A DNA stretch of 64,000 bases from assembly GCF_009914755.1 (NCBI RefSeq), contig NC_060941.1; one strand, 5' to 3'. Shown here in pieces: positions 17,538-64,000 of this stretch. Numbering within the stretch: the first letter of the stretch is position 1; each line of letters opens with the position of its first letter. A model generated the notes under the pieces. The model did not search any database. It saw only the letters and a program-made list of their open reading frames with translations, and was not told the DNA's origin. The position numbers were made by a program, and so were the translations under genes. The stretch comes from the human T2T-CHM13v2.0 reference genome, Homo sapiens.

Positions 17538-19355
17538 GGTTGAGGGTATTTCAGGAAACTCCAAGCAGGGTACTTGGCTCTACCACCCTTTCTATCTGTA
17601 ACACTCTGGCACCCAACAGCATTGGTCTTCTGTGGGCTGTTTTGTCATTCACCTTACCTGCTACCCAGAGTGTGCCCAGGGTGTGATGAAGGGGTTCTGG
17701 ATCCAAAAGTTTATGTATCTTTCGTCCTATCTCCTGTGATGGCCAGACCTAACTGAGGCAAAGCCGAGAGAATTATTTCCCACTTCCATTTCCTTCAAGT
17801 GTTGCTATAATGTTCACTGTAAACTGATTTTACATCTTTAAAACTAGAGGTGGGAGACTGAGCAGGGGCGACATCATACGTTGGCCCCCAAAGGTCTGAA
17901 TCCCTTCAACAGTCAGATAGCTCACATATAATTGGTCGCTTTGCATGAGGAGCTTCCTTGGCTCAGGGCTGCAGAAGAGAAGTGCTCTCACTGTGGGTTA
18001 AGGGGTGGTGGCTGATATTGTCCTTCAGCCTAGTGCTAGTTAGTTAGTTGGCCACTCAGGAAGGTATAAAGTGTCCCAGAAGTATGGCGGCCTCAGTGAC
18101 TGTTTTGGTGGGAAGGATTCCAGGGAAGATGGCAGTTTCGCCTTAGAAGATTTGGTTCCAGGGAGGTTTAGAGGAAAAAGAGGACGATGATTTGCAGGCT
18201 TTCTCTAAAGATCCAGATGGATCCCAGACGTAGTCCAGCCAGGAAGATCTGATTTTGTTTGTCTTCCTTCCCCATCTCCCTAAATAATTTTTAATTTTAT
18301 CTTCAAAGCATGACGCAGGTGTTAATTAACACTGCCTGCTCTCCTGGGAGGTAGGCAAGTGGAAACACCACCCCTATTAGTGAAGCCCAGGGGATAGCAG
18401 GTGCGGAAGCCTTAGGCAGGTGAGCCACAGAGAAGCAGAGGGAGTCTTAGACCTCGTGGCCCTGCCCTCAGACCTTTACTGGGACTTGCTGCTCACTTAG
18501 TTACCTTGGGAGCCACCTCACTTTCTCATTGTCCTTAGTTCCCAGTAAAAGAGCTGAGGCTGTGGTAGGAAAGATGTATGGTCCTATGGGATGAGTAATG
18601 GAAAGTCTAAGGGCTGGGAGAAATTCTGGTAAAATTCACTGTTACTGTGAATTTTAGATGCAGGATTCTGATTATGCCATTGATTTCATTCATTTGGTTT
18701 AAAAAAATGTACTGAGTATTTACTTCTGAGTGAGGTGTGTTATAAAGAGAATCACTTCTTCTGAAAGAGCTGGCTTAGCACTAGGGATCCTGCTGATTGG
18801 GAACTTGTTCCTTTATATCCCATGCTCAATCTCTAAAGCAAAGGCTGGGGTGTGGGGTTTGCTGCCTCTGCAGGTGATGGCTTCAAGCGTTGGACTCTTG
18901 ACATCTGGAAATAGATGAGAAACCCAGGTGTGACTGTTGGATGTGGTGAACCTCTAGAGGCTGAACTTTCCCTTCTCCTTTAACCACTCACCTTGGTTGG
19001 CTCAGGAGAGGGGGTCCCTGAGGAGTCCTCTCCCTGGGGCTGTAGGTGGTAGCACATCTTCAAGCCTGATGTTATCTAGGGCTGCCTGGGAATGATGATA
19101 ATGTGTGTGCTGGGTGTCTAATGAAACTGCTGGGATGATACTGAACTTCCCACTCCAGAAAAGCAGCGAGACTGGAGTCTCCAGTGGTTTCTTTCTCATT
19201 CATTGGGTATCTTGGGCATGATACCAGGAACAGAGAAGTGGGTCATTTGATCCTGTCAGTGTTGCCTTCTTCATGGGTGGCAGTTGGATTCTGCTTGCTT
19301 TGTAGGGAGCCCTGCTCCATCAGCCAATGTTAGTCCTCTTCCCTTGATGTTACAG

Positions 19356-19550
19356 GCTGCTGAGAACTAGCCCTAGACCTCTGCGTGAGGGTTCTTCTGC
19401 CGAAGACATCACCAGTGTGTGGAGCCTGCCACACCCACCCGCTGCCAAACCACGGCCTTTACCTGTGTCTTCCGGTGTTTCCCGTGCGACCCATCCTGTG
19501 GGAGTGCCTCGTGGGCTGCCCCAGAGTTCACCCCACACTCAGCAGCACCA
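19356..19550 (+). other. YPEL2: YPEL2 exon 2 5' UTR part
   Basis: Acceptor tcctcttcccttgatgttacag|GCT at 19355/19356; no ATG between acceptor and 19551. Confidence 0.85.
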
Positions 19551-63332
<43,782 letters not shown>

Positions 63333-64000
63333 TTGGACAGCATCTACCCAACCCAGTGTCCACGTGAACGCCATTCAACCGAACATTCTTCCCAAGCGTG
63401 AGAGAGTGACTGACACTTGGTTCCATCCATTTAGGGGCCTTGCCATCCGGGGCATCCTCCCACCCTGACGCCATCTTTCTGGTGACCGGCCTCTAAATCG
63501 CTGTCTCTCTGTCTCTTTGCTTTGTATCTGTTTGTGAGTTGATCCTGGCTTCTCTCTCTGTTCTAGTTTTGGCTGAAAACAAAACAACAAAAGGAACAGA
63601 TCCTTGACCGCATGGCGGCAGCCCACCTTGGTAAGGGCCCCAGGGCCCATGCGAGAGCTGCCTGATGGCCTCTTGTCAGGAGAGCAGTGGCACGGGGGCG
63701 TGAAGAAGAGGGAAAGGGGAAACTCTAAGGGTCCTGGCGCGGGGAAGGGGTGGAAGGGTGGAGGTAGGAACAAAATTGCGCCGCTCCTGGAGACCTGATA
63801 ACTTAGGCTTGAAATAATTGACTTGTCTAAAAGGACAAAGAGAAAAAAAAAATACCTCATGACTGCATTCTCTCTGACTAGAAGCTTCTGTTCCTGACAC
63901 CAAATGTGCCAGGTTAGCAAATGAGCACAAGATGTGGCCCTGATTCTAGTTGGTGGGGCAAGGGCCTGGTTCTCCTGGGCTGAGTGGGGGAGTGTCCTGG
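63333..64000 (+). other. YPEL2: YPEL2 3' UTR (continues beyond window)
   Basis: Repeat-free sequence after stop codon; no AATAAA seen before window end. Confidence 0.85.

Noticed and set aside
63375-63920. 181-aa antisense ORF over the 3' UTR
   Set aside because: No recognisable domain or splice/promoter support; likely chance ORF

Overview
Hominid (very likely human) genomic DNA covering most of the YPEL2 (yippee-like 2) gene on the + strand. The promoter and first exon lie upstream of the window (no CpG island here). The window holds the rest of intron 1, four coding exons (19551-19667, 54471-54514, 55504-55612, 63243-63332; 360 nt, 119 aa, Yippee CxxC-x52-CxxC motif) and the start of the 3' UTR. 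Intron 2 contains the MIR4729 hairpin. The introns carry ~40 Alus (incl. young AluY with perfect TSDs), an antisense SVA, an MLT1 LTR, MER1B/MER58/MER5A/MER96 DNA elements and MIR/L1/L2 fragments. The most notable signals are: (i) an in-frame ACG in strong Kozak context, bounded by an upstream in-frame stop, that would add a Cys-rich 33-aa N-terminal extension; (ii) a 312-nt exon 2 with Alu geometry suited to circularisation; (iii) a 110-bp near-perfect Alu palindrome with shared private variants (template-switch signature); (iv) serial Alu insertion at one nick site. Repeat coordinates are approximate and subfamily names come from recalled consensus sequences.
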